Below, in pieces: positions 1-8,959 of a DNA stretch of 33,884 bases. How positions within the stretch are numbered: position 1 is the stretch's first letter; each line of letters starts with the position of its first letter. Under the pieces are notes generated by a model that did not search any database, was not told the origin of the DNA, and worked only from the letters and a program-made list of their open reading frames with translations. Made by a program: the position numbers and the translations under genes. This DNA is from a virus (Duplodnaviria; Caudoviricetes), in the IMG/VR virus record IMGVR_UViG_3300044512_000115, positions 1-33,884 of that record. The stretch is one strand, 5' to 3'.

Positions 1-180
1 CCCTTAACGAGGCACTACTTAAAGCATTAAAGGAAAGCGAAAGCATAACAGTGAAGAACAATGTTTGAGCTAAGAGACTACCAAAAGAAAGCCTCAAAAG
101 ATGGTTTTAATATACTGAGAAAAAAGGGTATATTGATTCTAAACTTTGAAGTAAGAACAGGCAAGACTCACATAGCTTTA
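1..180. repeat. Terminal direct repeat (left copy), assembly overlap of a circular/permuted genome
   Basis: Identical to 33705-33884 except positions 2 (C vs T) and 53 (G vs A). Confidence 0.97.
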
Positions 181-1290
181 GATATAGGTATGAACTATAA
201 TAATGTTTTGTTTGTAACTAAGAAAAAAGCTATCTCAAGTATTGAAGCAGACTATAAAACAGCAGGACATAATTATAACTTAACAGTTATTAATTACGAA
301 TCTTTACATAAAATAAAAGGTAGATTCGACTTAGTTATAGCAGATGAGAGTCATGGATTAGGAGCGTATCCTAAGCCTTCTAAGAGAGTTAAGGAATTAT
401 CTAAGCACATAACAAAGGATTTAATTTTAATGACTGGAACGCTATTACCTGAATCTAACGCTCAGATATACCATCAGTTATATGTTAGCCACAAAACACC
501 ATTTAGAGCGCACAGAAGTTTCTATAATTGGCATAAAGTATTTGGAACTCCTGCAACTATTTATACGTCGTATGGAGAAGCTAAAGACTATTCTATTGTA
601 GGCTACTCAAAGATTAAAGAATACATCCAGCCTATACTATTAACTTATACACAAAAAGAAGCGGGATTCAATTCTAATATTCAAGAGAAAATACTACGAG
701 TACCAATAAAAGAAAGCACTATTAAATTAGCGAACAGACTTAAAAAGGATTTAGTAGTAGAAGGAAAAGACGAGGTATTACTTGCAGATACTGGAGTAAA
801 ATTAATGAGCAAACTCCATCAGCTTTATAGTGGTACGGTTAAATTTGAAAGTGGTAATAGTAAAGTTATTGACTATTCAAAAGCTGAGTATATTAAAAAG
901 AATTTTGAAGGAAAAAAACTAGCTATATTTTATAAATTTAAGGAGGAGCTGAACGCTATTAAGTCTGTGCTAGATGTTACTCAGGATATAGAGGAGTTTG
1001 ACACAACGGATAAACATATAGCTTTACAGATTGTAAGCGGAAGGGAAGGGACTAACCTATCGAAAGCAGATTTTATTATCATGTATAATATAGATTTTAG
1101 CGCGGTTAGTTACTGGCAGGCAAGGGATAGAATGACAACGATAAAAAGAAGCAATAATATTGTATATTGGTTGTTCAGTATTGGAGGGATAGAAGATAAG
1201 ATTTACAAAGCTGTAATGAATAAAAAGAATTATACAACTCAAACTTTTATAAAAGATGTTAGAATCGAAATACCAAAGAAAGATAATTAA
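61..1290 (+). CDS. Superfamily 2 (SNF2/DEAD-like) helicase
   Basis: Q motif LRDYQ, Walker A-like EVRTGKT, DESH motif II, MTGT motif III, SGREGTNL and QARDR C-terminal motifs. Confidence 0.85.
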   Translation: MFELRDYQKKASKDGFNILRKKGILILNFEVRTGKTHIALDIGMNYNNVLFVTKKKAISSIEADYKTAGHNYNLTVINYESLHKIKGRFDLVIADESHGLGAYPKPSKRVKELSKHITKDLILMTGTLLPESNAQIYHQLYVSHKTPFRAHRSFYNWHKVFGTPATIYTSYGEAKDYSIVGYSKIKEYIQPILLTYTQKEAGFNSNIQEKILRVPIKESTIKLANRLKKDLVVEGKDEVLLADTGVKLMSKLHQLYSGTVKFESGNSKVIDYSKAEYIKKNFEGKKLAIFYKFKEELNAIKSVLDVTQDIEEFDTTDKHIALQIVSGREGTNLSKADFIIMYNIDFSAVSYWQARDRMTTIKRSNNIVYWLFSIGGIEDKIYKAVMNKKNYTTQTFIKDVRIEIPKKDN

Positions 1291-1507
1291 GGATTTTGAA
1301 AGCAGGGGGTATTATGTTTTGAATTTAATTAAGACTAATAAGTCAGGCATTCCAGACCTACTAGCATTAAAGAAAGGAGAAGAACCTATATTTATAGAAG
1401 TGAAAGCAGCTAAGGGAGTAGTATCTAAACTACAGGAATATAGAATAAAAGAACTAAAAGCTCTAGGTTTTACTGCTTATATTGATAGAGCTAAAAGTAA
1501 TTTATAA
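1256..1507 (+). CDS. VRR-NUC domain nuclease
   Basis: ES..Q, GIPDLL, FIEVK, G..S.LQ pattern typical of phage VRR-NUC proteins; next to a helicase. Confidence 0.88.
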   Translation: MLESKYQRKIIKDFESRGYYVLNLIKTNKSGIPDLLALKKGEEPIFIEVKAAKGVVSKLQEYRIKELKALGFTAYIDRAKSNL

Positions 1508-1591
1508 GGATAAAATAAAAAAGCTATAAAAAAATTAGGTAGAGTAAAATATTCTATTTAAAATTGCAGACATAAACTAAAATTAAAAACT

Positions 1592-2968
1592 ATGAACGAA
1601 ATGAATTACGAAGAATTTATTAAAAGCAAAAAACACCTACTAGGTAGTTTTGGTTTTGAACCTAACTACATACCTAGTATGGCTTTTGACTTTCAAAAAG
1701 AGATAATAACACGAGCAGTTAAGAAAGGTCGTATAGCTGTATTTGCAGACACAGGACTAGGAAAGACATTAATACAATTATCAATAGCTCAAAATGTAGT
1801 AAACCACACAAAGGGAAAAGTATTAATATTAACTCCTTTAGCTGTAGCTTTTCAGTTTATTTTAGAAGCCGAAAAGATGGGTATAACAGATATTGAATAT
1901 TCAAAGGATGGAAACCACACAAAGAGTATAGTTATTTGTAATTATGAAAGGCTACACTATTTTAATAGCGAAGACTTTAAAGGGGTAGTATTAGATGAAA
2001 GCTCAATACTTAAAAACTTTGATGGTAAAATTAAGAATCAAATAACCTCATTTGTAAAAAAATTACCTTATAGGTTCCTTTCAACTGCTACTCCTAGTCC
2101 TAACGACTTTATAGAATTAGGTACTAGCTCCGAGGCTTTAGGTTATATGGGTTATATGGATATGCTAGGAAAGTTCTTTAAAAATAACCAAGGCAGCATA
2201 GCAAAGCAAAAAAGGCAAATAGGAGAAAAGTATTATCTAAAGCCACACGCGGAAATATCTTTTTTTGCATGGGTTAATCAATGGAGTATAATGATAAAAA
2301 TGCCTAGCGATATTGGATATAGTAACGAAAGGTATAACCTACCCAAACTAATAAACAATACGCATATAATTAAAAATAATTCTTTGTTAGATTGTAAAGG
2401 ACAAATACAGATGTTTAACGTAATAGCTAAAAGTTTTCAAGAGGTTAGACATGAGCAAAAGCAAACTATAGAGGATAGATGTAAAAAAGCTGTAGAATTA
2501 GCTAAGGGTAAAACATCTGTATATTGGGTAAACCTAAACGATGAAAGTAGCTTAATAAAACAACTAGACACAGAAGCAGTAGAAATACTAGGTAGTATGT
2601 CAATAGAAAAAAAGGAGAAAATACTTTTAGACTTTGCACAGGGTAAAATAAAAAGAATTATAACTAAGGCTAAAATGACTGGAATGGGTTTAAATTGGCA
2701 GCATTGTAATCATTCTGTATTCTTCCCTACATATTCCTACGAACAGTATTACCAAGCTATTAGGAGGTTTTGGAGATTTGGACAAAAAAACGAGGTAACT
2801 ATTGATATGGTTATTTCAGATGGACAAACCAGAGTACTAGAAGCTCTTAAACAAAAGACACAAAAAGCAATAGACTTATACGAGAATTTAACAAAGAATG
2901 TTAACCAAGTATTTGAAGATAAAAACAAAGAATTTAACAAAGAAATAATTAAACCAAAATTTATATAA
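1592..2968 (+). CDS. Second SF2 (SNF2-like) helicase, methyltransferase-associated
   Basis: DTGLGKT, LDESS, STATPSPND, GMGLNWQ, QAIRRFWRFGQ. Confidence 0.88.
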   Translation: MNEMNYEEFIKSKKHLLGSFGFEPNYIPSMAFDFQKEIITRAVKKGRIAVFADTGLGKTLIQLSIAQNVVNHTKGKVLILTPLAVAFQFILEAEKMGITDIEYSKDGNHTKSIVICNYERLHYFNSEDFKGVVLDESSILKNFDGKIKNQITSFVKKLPYRFLSTATPSPNDFIELGTSSEALGYMGYMDMLGKFFKNNQGSIAKQKRQIGEKYYLKPHAEISFFAWVNQWSIMIKMPSDIGYSNERYNLPKLINNTHIIKNNSLLDCKGQIQMFNVIAKSFQEVRHEQKQTIEDRCKKAVELAKGKTSVYWVNLNDESSLIKQLDTEAVEILGSMSIEKKEKILLDFAQGKIKRIITKAKMTGMGLNWQHCNHSVFFPTYSYEQYYQAIRRFWRFGQKNEVTIDMVISDGQTRVLEALKQKTQKAIDLYENLTKNVNQVFEDKNKEFNKEIIKPKFI

Positions 2969-2970
2969 CT

Positions 2971-3993
2971 ATGAAAAACAATGTAAAAGACCAATTAGTA
3001 ACAGATGAATACGCTATTTACAATGGAGATTGTATGTCTGTAATGCCAACTTTAGAAGATGAAAGTATAGACCTTTCTGTTTATTCTCCTCCATTTGCAG
3101 GATTATATAATTATTCAAGTAGTGAGAATGATTTTAGCAACTGCGAAAGTAAAGAGCAATTTTTAGAACAGTACGAATACTTAATTAAAGAGGTAGCTAG
3201 AGTAACAAAAAAAGGGCGTATTACTGCTGTACATTGTACGGATGTTTTCGATAATACTTGTAGGCTTTGGGACTTTCCAAATGAAATAATAAGACTACAT
3301 AATAAATATGGTTTTGAATATAGAAACCGTATAACAATATGGAAAGAGCCTTTAAAAGTTAGGATGAGAACAATGGTACAAAGTTTAATGCACAAATTTA
3401 TAGTAGAAGATTCTACAAAATGCTTTACCGCTATGCCTGACTATGTTTTAATATTTACAAAGAAAGGAGATAACCAAGTACCCGTAACGCATCCTAACGG
3501 ACTAAATAAATATTTTGGCGAAGTTCCAGTACTGCCAAACATTTTAAGAGCATGGAATAATGCTAATAAGACAGATTTAAACGAGGACGAATTATGGGAG
3601 TACTTAAATAAAACTTTTATAGACCATAAAGACCCAAAGAGTAATAAATTAAGCCACTATATTTGGCAGCGTTACGCATCTTCTGTATGGGATGATATAA
3701 GAATAGATAACGTATTACCTTTTAGAGATTCAAGAGAGGAGGATGACGAAAAGCACGTACACCCATTACAGCTAGATGTTATAGATAGAATAGTAGAAAT
3801 GTACAGTAATAAAGACGAGGTAGTTCTTACTCCTTTTATGGGCGTAGGTAGTGAGGTTTATAGCCCTGTTTCTTTAGGTCGTAAAGCTATTGGAATAGAA
3901 TTAAAGGATAGTTATTTTAAACAAGCTAAGATAAATTTATCTCTAACTAAAGAAAGGTTTAAAGATGAAATTAAACAGTTAGAAATATCTTAA
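2971..3993 (+). CDS. DNA methyltransferase (N4-C/N6-A, beta class)
   Basis: GDC..., SPPF catalytic motif before the PFMGVGS SAM-binding motif, and GIELK. Confidence 0.9.
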   Translation: MKNNVKDQLVTDEYAIYNGDCMSVMPTLEDESIDLSVYSPPFAGLYNYSSSENDFSNCESKEQFLEQYEYLIKEVARVTKKGRITAVHCTDVFDNTCRLWDFPNEIIRLHNKYGFEYRNRITIWKEPLKVRMRTMVQSLMHKFIVEDSTKCFTAMPDYVLIFTKKGDNQVPVTHPNGLNKYFGEVPVLPNILRAWNNANKTDLNEDELWEYLNKTFIDHKDPKSNKLSHYIWQRYASSVWDDIRIDNVLPFRDSREEDDEKHVHPLQLDVIDRIVEMYSNKDEVVLTPFMGVGSEVYSPVSLGRKAIGIELKDSYFKQAKINLSLTKERFKDEIKQLEIS

Positions 3994-4199
3994 TGCAATC
4001 TAAGAAACATAGCATAATAGAGAGCGTAGCTAATACCGTAATAGGGTTAGTTACCTCTTTTATTATTCAAATAATAATATACCCTTTGTTAGACATTCCA
4101 GTAACCATATCGCAAAATGTAATAATTACTTTTGTTTTTTTTATTGCTAGTGTATTAAGGGGTTATTTAATTAGGAGATATTTTAATAAAAAGACATGA
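3993..4199 (+). CDS. Small membrane protein (two hydrophobic segments)
   Basis: Hydrophobic ORF coupled to the methyltransferase by TAATG overlap; resembles the MQS.K.S.IES small proteins often seen beside phage methylases. Confidence 0.7.
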   Translation: MQSKKHSIIESVANTVIGLVTSFIIQIIIYPLLDIPVTISQNVIITFVFFIASVLRGYLIRRYFNKKT

Positions 4200-4459
4200 A
4201 AAACAAACTAGAAGATAAAAACGCAGTAGAATGGCTTATATTAATCGGACTATTTAAAGCAACTATAGAGCAGAAAAGTATGTTAATAGGAGTAGAAAAG
4301 CAAAGAGCTAAACAACTATTTAATAACTGGATAAGACAAGGCACAAGCATACTAAATAAATTTGAGGCTAATTTTACAGAAGATGAGCTAGAAGAACTTT
4401 CTCTATTAGTTGAAACATCTATGAATGATTTACGTAAAAACATAGTTATAGTTGATTAA
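4196..4459 (+). CDS. Hypothetical protein
   Basis: ATGA overlap with the upstream gene; same strand as all other genes. Confidence 0.7.
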   Translation: MKNKLEDKNAVEWLILIGLFKATIEQKSMLIGVEKQRAKQLFNNWIRQGTSILNKFEANFTEDELEELSLLVETSMNDLRKNIVIVD

Positions 4460-4469
4460 AAAAAAATAC

Positions 4470-4477
4470 TATATTTG
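4470..4477 (+). promoter_or_regulatory. Bacteroidota housekeeping-sigma -7 element (TATATTTG) for the sigma factor gene
   Basis: Matches TAnnTTTG, intergenic, 5 nt before GTG 4483. Confidence 0.7.
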
Positions 4478-4482
4478 CAAAC

Positions 4483-4959
4483 GTGAACGAAAGTTTTATA
4501 AAAGAAAAGAGGCAAGTAATAGAAACAGCTTGTAAGAATATCTGTAAGCATTCTGACATCTGGCAAGACTTAGCTCAGGAGGTTAACATATATTTTTTGA
4601 CGAATGAGCTACCTAGTAACCTCAACAAAATAGATGGGTTTATATTTGTAGTAGCTTATAAGATGTTTCACTTGTCGGGTTCTGAGTTTAACCGCTTGCA
4701 TTTTGACAATGTTTTACAAGAGTCTACAGAGCTTGACTACTTAAAGTTAAAAGATATTCCGTATATTAGTAACAATGTTTACAAGGAGTACCTAGAGCAA
4801 GTTAAGCAACTAGACGAAATGGAGCGTATTTGGGTCGAAGAAATAGTAAAGAGAAACTTATCTATAAAACTATTCTCAGACCACACAGGAATACATAGAG
4901 CAACTGCAAAAGAACGAATGGAAAGCATATATAACAAATTAAGAAACCAAAACAAATGA
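4483..4959 (+). CDS. ECF-like RNA polymerase sigma factor
   Basis: 158 aa; region-2-like WQDLAQEVNIYFL; region-4-like LDEMER...LSIKLFSDHTGIHRATAKERM helix-turn-helix. Confidence 0.7.
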   Translation: MNESFIKEKRQVIETACKNICKHSDIWQDLAQEVNIYFLTNELPSNLNKIDGFIFVVAYKMFHLSGSEFNRLHFDNVLQESTELDYLKLKDIPYISNNVYKEYLEQVKQLDEMERIWVEEIVKRNLSIKLFSDHTGIHRATAKERMESIYNKLRNQNK

Positions 4960-5201
4960 GCATAATTATAATATCAATACTAGCTATACTAGGTTGGACT
5001 AGCTTATTCAAGCAAACCTTTTCAACTAAAGAAGGGTTTAAGTATGTTTACCAACCGATAAGTAAGATACTTTACACTTTAGATTTTAAGCCTTTGAGCT
5101 GCGCTTATTGTTTATCGTTCTGGACTGGCTTAACTTTTACTATTGCTTTTATGGACATTACTTATATGGTTATATTTTTATACTTTGCAAAACAAGACTA
5201 A
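4956..5201 (+). CDS. Small membrane protein with CxxC (PLSCAYCLSFW)
   Basis: Hydrophobic termini, C..C..FW motif, ATGA overlap with the sigma gene. Confidence 0.7.
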   Translation: MSIIIISILAILGWTSLFKQTFSTKEGFKYVYQPISKILYTLDFKPLSCAYCLSFWTGLTFTIAFMDITYMVIFLYFAKQD

Positions 5202-5611
5202 TGGACTACAGAGAGTTAAAATGGGGAGCTTTAAAGAGCTATGCAACTAAGCTAGGAATAAACACTAAAGGGATGACTAAAGATGTTCTCTTAGAGTGGT
5301 TAGATGCCATGCCAGATGTAGCACATGGAATAGAGGAGCTAAAACCGTTCAAAGGTATTAAACAGCACCACCCACTATTTGACGAGATAAAAGACTATTT
5401 GCCTTATTTGAAAGCGTATAAGAAACTGAATGCAGTATCTAGAGATCCTAAGATAAACAAGGCAATAGCTACTTTATTTGTTAAGTACATAGAGACTCAA
5501 AAGAATGCTAAAGTAAACATAGGATGCGGGAGATGTGTTAGTAGCTATTACCAAAGAATGGTTGCAAACTACAATAAGCTAGTCGATGAGTATGGAGGAG
5601 ATAAGATATAG
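5201..5611 (+). CDS. Hypothetical protein with C-terminal CxxC (GCGRC)
   Basis: Start re-called at ATG 5201 (TAATG coupling) instead of 5108. Confidence 0.7.
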   Translation: MDYRELKWGALKSYATKLGINTKGMTKDVLLEWLDAMPDVAHGIEELKPFKGIKQHHPLFDEIKDYLPYLKAYKKLNAVSRDPKINKAIATLFVKYIETQKNAKVNIGCGRCVSSYYQRMVANYNKLVDEYGGDKI

Positions 5612-5616
5612 TTGTA

Positions 5617-5781
5617 ATGGATGAGCAAGAAAATGTATATAGCTACTGCTTAGAAGTTCACGAGGATGGTCAACTTTACATGGTTACAGAATACATGAAC
5701 GGATATATTACGATATGGGCAGCGAATGCTACTATAGAAACAGAAGGCGAAGTATATTTTATAAATTTATATGAAGATTAA
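5617..5781 (+). CDS. Hypothetical 54 aa protein (MDEQENVYSY...INLYED)
   Basis: Hand-translated ORF filling the gap between genes. Confidence 0.6.
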   Translation: MDEQENVYSYCLEVHEDGQLYMVTEYMNGYITIWAANATIETEGEVYFINLYED

Positions 5782-5856
5782 TAGCTACCATAGTAACAAA
5801 AGCAAACCAATAGTTACAGAAATAGCTACTATAGTATTAACTAAACCAAAACAAAG

Positions 5857-6048
5857 ATGAGTGTAGATGATATAAAAAACCTAAGATTAGGTGAACAAGT
5901 TGAAGTCAAAATAAATGGACTTGGTGGAAAGATACATCTAATAAAAGGAACAGTACAGGGAATTGATTCATGGGAAAAGAGAGTTAGAGTGTCTAAAGAT
6001 GAATATACTTGTGATTGGTTTCCACCAAGATTAATAGTAAAAATTTAA
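5857..6048 (+). CDS. Hypothetical small protein (possibly SH3/KOW-like beta fold)
   Basis: ORF track; starts within the repeat; beta-rich pattern LGEQVEVK...GTVQGID. Confidence 0.65.
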   Translation: MSVDDIKNLRLGEQVEVKINGLGGKIHLIKGTVQGIDSWEKRVRVSKDEYTCDWFPPRLIVKI

Positions 6049-6060
6049 ACCAAAACAAAG

Positions 6061-6282
6061 ATGAGTAAATTTATAATAGATATAAGAGATAATATTGGAG
6101 ATTATGAAGCGGTATCTGCTTTATTAGAGGTTATGGCTGTTGGTAGAATATCTAAAAATGATACTATGTATTGTTATCATACAGAAATGCACAATGGTAT
6201 TCACGTTTCAGCTATGGAAAAAAAGAAATATGCAAAGAGTGAAAGATTTATAATCCATTTAAATAAACCAAAACAAAGATGA
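6061..6282 (+). CDS. Hypothetical protein
   Basis: ORF track; bounded by repeats. Confidence 0.65.
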   Translation: MSKFIIDIRDNIGDYEAVSALLEVMAVGRISKNDTMYCYHTEMHNGIHVSAMEKKKYAKSERFIIHLNKPKQR

Positions 6283-6443
6283 AGATTAAAAGGAAACACT
6301 ATAAAGCTCTACAGTATGCCTCTTTAATTCAGAGGTGGAAATACTTGCCCAGTAACTTTATTTTTGAAGTAGTGCAAAATAGCGAGGTAAACGAATCAAT
6401 GTTAAACAGAAATAGAATAGAGCAGAATGGTAAAAGAATATGA
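6279..6443 (+). CDS. Hypothetical 54 aa protein (MKIKRKHYKA...NGKRI)
   Basis: Hand-translated; ATG lies within the third repeat. Confidence 0.55.
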   Translation: MKIKRKHYKALQYASLIQRWKYLPSNFIFEVVQNSEVNESMLNRNRIEQNGKRI

Positions 6444-6585
6444 AGCAATGGACTGGAGTAAAAATTACACATACAAGGATAAAAAAATATACATAAGTCA
6501 TGAGACTAAAAAGTATATAATATGTTCTTTTAACGAGAATGGAGTAGGAAAGTTTAAACTAGATAAGACTGAGTTCTATGGATAA
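6427..6585 (+). CDS. Hypothetical 52 aa protein (MVKEYEAMDW...TEFYG)
   Basis: Hand-translated; overlaps the terS start. Confidence 0.55.
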   Translation: MVKEYEAMDWSKNYTYKDKKIYISHETKKYIICSFNENGVGKFKLDKTEFYG

Positions 6586-7033
6586 GGAGCTAACACCTAA
6601 AGAGCAGAAATTTGCAGAGCTATGCGTTACACTAGGTAACCAAACAGAAGCCTACAGACAGGCTTATAGCCCAAAGAATAAAGATGCTGAATGGATAAAA
6701 GTTAATGCTTCACAGTTAGCAAACCAAACTAACATAGCACTAACTATCAACAAACTAAAAGGAGAGCTATCAGAAACTCATGGAATAGACAGGGCTTTTA
6801 TCTTACAAGGTTACTTGCAAATCATTTCAGATGCAGACTATACATTCCAATTAGGAGCAGACAATACGCTAACCAAAGAAGATAAACAAGCCTTTTATAG
6901 GATAATGAACCAAACTAAGAACACCGATAAGATAAGAGCCTTAGAAGCAATATCTAAAATGATGGGGTTGAATGAACCCGAAGTGATAGAGCATAAGCAT
7001 ACAGTAAAAACTTATAAAACAAACTGGGGTTAA
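6578..7033 (+). CDS. terS: Terminase small subunit
   Basis: LTPKEQKFA...NQTEAYRQAY N-terminal HTH; KIRALEAISKMMG; directly upstream of terL. Confidence 0.88.
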   Translation: MDKELTPKEQKFAELCVTLGNQTEAYRQAYSPKNKDAEWIKVNASQLANQTNIALTINKLKGELSETHGIDRAFILQGYLQIISDADYTFQLGADNTLTKEDKQAFYRIMNQTKNTDKIRALEAISKMMGLNEPEVIEHKHTVKTYKTNWG

Positions 7034-7034
7034 A

Positions 7035-8243
7035 TTGGAGGAGGTAGATTTATATAGACCACACCCAAAACAAAGGGAGATACATAGAGCCTTAGATACA
7101 GATATTAAATACTGCATAGTTTCTATAGGTCGGCAGTTTGGGAAGTCTACACTAGGCGAAAATCAAAGCATTAAATGGGCGCTAGAAAATAGCCACTGGA
7201 AAATAGGCTGGGTTAGTCCAATATACAAACAAGCAAAGAAAGTATTTAAGGACATAGAGAAAGCTGTTATAGGCTGCCCATTTATTACCAACGTAAACAA
7301 AGGAGACTTAATACTAGAATTTACTACAGGTAGCACAGTTCAATTCTATAGTGCAGATGCCTACGATAGTATAAGAGGCGAGACCTTTGATGCTCTTATA
7401 TGCGATGAGTTTGCATTCTTTAGACCTGAAGCATGGAATGAAGTACTAAAAGCTACTGTATTAGTCAGAGGTAAAAAGGTTTTAATACTATCCACTCCAA
7501 AGGGGAAAAACCAATTTTATAACCTATTCAATTTAGCCGAACACAATAGCAACTACATTTCATTTAGAGGCAGCTCATACGATAACCCATTTATAGACCC
7601 CGAAGAAATAAGAGAAGCAGAAAGGAATCTACCAGACCATGTATTTAAACAAGAGTATCTAGCGGAGTTCTTAGACAATGGTAGCTCAGTATTCAGAAAT
7701 ATAAAAGAATGCGTTAAAACGTCTGTAAACACGTCTAGCCTTTATGCAGGGATTGACTTAGGTAGGTCGGACGATTATACAGTATTAACTATTGTAGACT
7801 CAAATAATATAGAGGTATATTCTGAACGGTGGAGGCACATGGAATGGAGCAGCATTATTAATAACATAGTAGAGCAGTTAAATAAGTATAGACCTAATAC
7901 ATTAGTAGAAAGCAACGGAGCGCAGGATGCTATTTTCGAGCAGATAAGAAACAAGGTAGCATATAATAAAAATAGTATTCAACCTTTCGTTACTACATCC
8001 AAAAGCAAACAAAATATAGTTGAGGACTTAATCGTAAAGTTCGAGAATAAGGATATAGGGATAATAGGACACGACTGGCAGATTAATGAGCTAGAAGTAT
8101 TTACCTACGAATACAACCTAAAGACTAGAGCAATAAAGTACTCAGCTCCTGTAGGCTTGCATGATGATTATGTAATGTCAAGGGCAATATGCAACCACGC
8201 TTTAAAAACTATGAAAGCAAGCGGTAAGTATTTTGTATATTAA
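7035..8243 (+). CDS. terL: Terminase large subunit
   Basis: PHPKQ, GRQFGKS Walker A, ICDEFAF Walker B, STPKGKN, GIDLG and HDDYV nuclease motifs; TTG start. Confidence 0.95.
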   Translation: MEEVDLYRPHPKQREIHRALDTDIKYCIVSIGRQFGKSTLGENQSIKWALENSHWKIGWVSPIYKQAKKVFKDIEKAVIGCPFITNVNKGDLILEFTTGSTVQFYSADAYDSIRGETFDALICDEFAFFRPEAWNEVLKATVLVRGKKVLILSTPKGKNQFYNLFNLAEHNSNYISFRGSSYDNPFIDPEEIREAERNLPDHVFKQEYLAEFLDNGSSVFRNIKECVKTSVNTSSLYAGIDLGRSDDYTVLTIVDSNNIEVYSERWRHMEWSSIINNIVEQLNKYRPNTLVESNGAQDAIFEQIRNKVAYNKNSIQPFVTTSKSKQNIVEDLIVKFENKDIGIIGHDWQINELEVFTYEYNLKTRAIKYSAPVGLHDDYVMSRAICNHALKTMKASGKYFVY

Positions 8244-8246
8244 TTA

Positions 8247-8278
8247 TACAACTATTAAATAATTTTACAATAGACAAT
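8247..8278 (+). promoter_or_regulatory. Putative phage late promoter 1 (TACAACTA-N12-ACAATAGACAAT-ATG)
   Basis: Same motif and spacing at 17232 and 19681. Confidence 0.75.
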
Positions 8279-8959
8279 ATGAGAATACCAAAGAGCCTAA
8301 AGGAGGTACTTGTAAAAGACTACATTCAGATAAACAAAATACGTAGTGCTGAGTATGATAACCCTTTCACTAGGACTATCGACCTATTGTGTATTTTCAA
8401 TGACAGAAAGGATGTATTAAAGTGTAAACCTTCTGAGTTAGCTATAGACCTTTCGCATTTATTAGTTGAGCCTAGTAGAATACTTAAACAGTACTTTACT
8501 ATTAACGGTAAAAGGTACGGAATAGTTAACCATATTAACGATTTGGAGGCAGGGCAATACATGAGCTTCACAACTTACTTGAAAGGCTTTGCAGATAACC
8601 CTAACGTACACATAGAGCAGATGCCTGACATATTAGCTAGTGTTATATTCCCAGTAGACAAAAATAATAAGGTTATGGCTATTGAGCCTAGTTACTTTCG
8701 TAACCTAGCAGATGACATACGTAATACCATGTCTATAGAAGATGCGTATCCGATAGCTGTTTTTTTTTGCAATCTATCTCGGAGCTTAATTCAAACTACT
8801 CAGGACTATTTGAGTCGGAAACTGGAGAAGATGACAGAGGAGAGCAGGATCGCAATTATGGAGGTAGCGAAGGATTTGGAGAGCGATGGGGTTGGATTGC
8901 CACCCTCGATAATCTCTGCAATGGAGACTTTACAAAAAGACCCTACTACGAAAAGATGA
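8279..8959 (+). CDS. Putative tail assembly chaperone (short form)
   Basis: First gene of the tail block; contains the slippery run GTT TTT TTT at 8759-8768. Confidence 0.55.
   Translation: MRIPKSLKEVLVKDYIQINKIRSAEYDNPFTRTIDLLCIFNDRKDVLKCKPSELAIDLSHLLVEPSRILKQYFTINGKRYGIVNHINDLEAGQYMSFTTYLKGFADNPNVHIEQMPDILASVIFPVDKNNKVMAIEPSYFRNLADDIRNTMSIEDAYPIAVFFCNLSRSLIQTTQDYLSRKLEKMTEESRIAIMEVAKDLESDGVGLPPSIISAMETLQKDPTTKR

Larger units (their letters stand above)
5842..6282 (+). repeat. Three direct repeats of TAAACCAAAACAAAGATGA (5842, 6046, 6264), each containing a start codon
   Basis: 21 bp identical at 5842-5862 and 6046-6066; 19 bp at 6264-6282. Confidence 0.9.

Noticed and set aside
1233-1258. 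TACAACTC upstream of the VRR-NUC start as a fourth late motif
   Set aside because: The ACAATAGA box is absent at the 12-nt spacing and the ATG distance differs.
5108-5200. Upstream extension of ORF 5108-5611
   Set aside because: It overlaps the preceding gene; ATG 5201 with TAATG coupling is the more plausible start.
5771-5860. 29-aa ORF MKINSYHS...KPKQR
   Set aside because: Built from duplicated fragments at the cassette junction; too short to support as a gene.
5842-6282. Mini-CRISPR interpretation of the three direct repeats
   Set aside because: The spacers are ~185-200 nt protein-coding ORFs, the repeats are non-palindromic start regions, and there are no cas genes.
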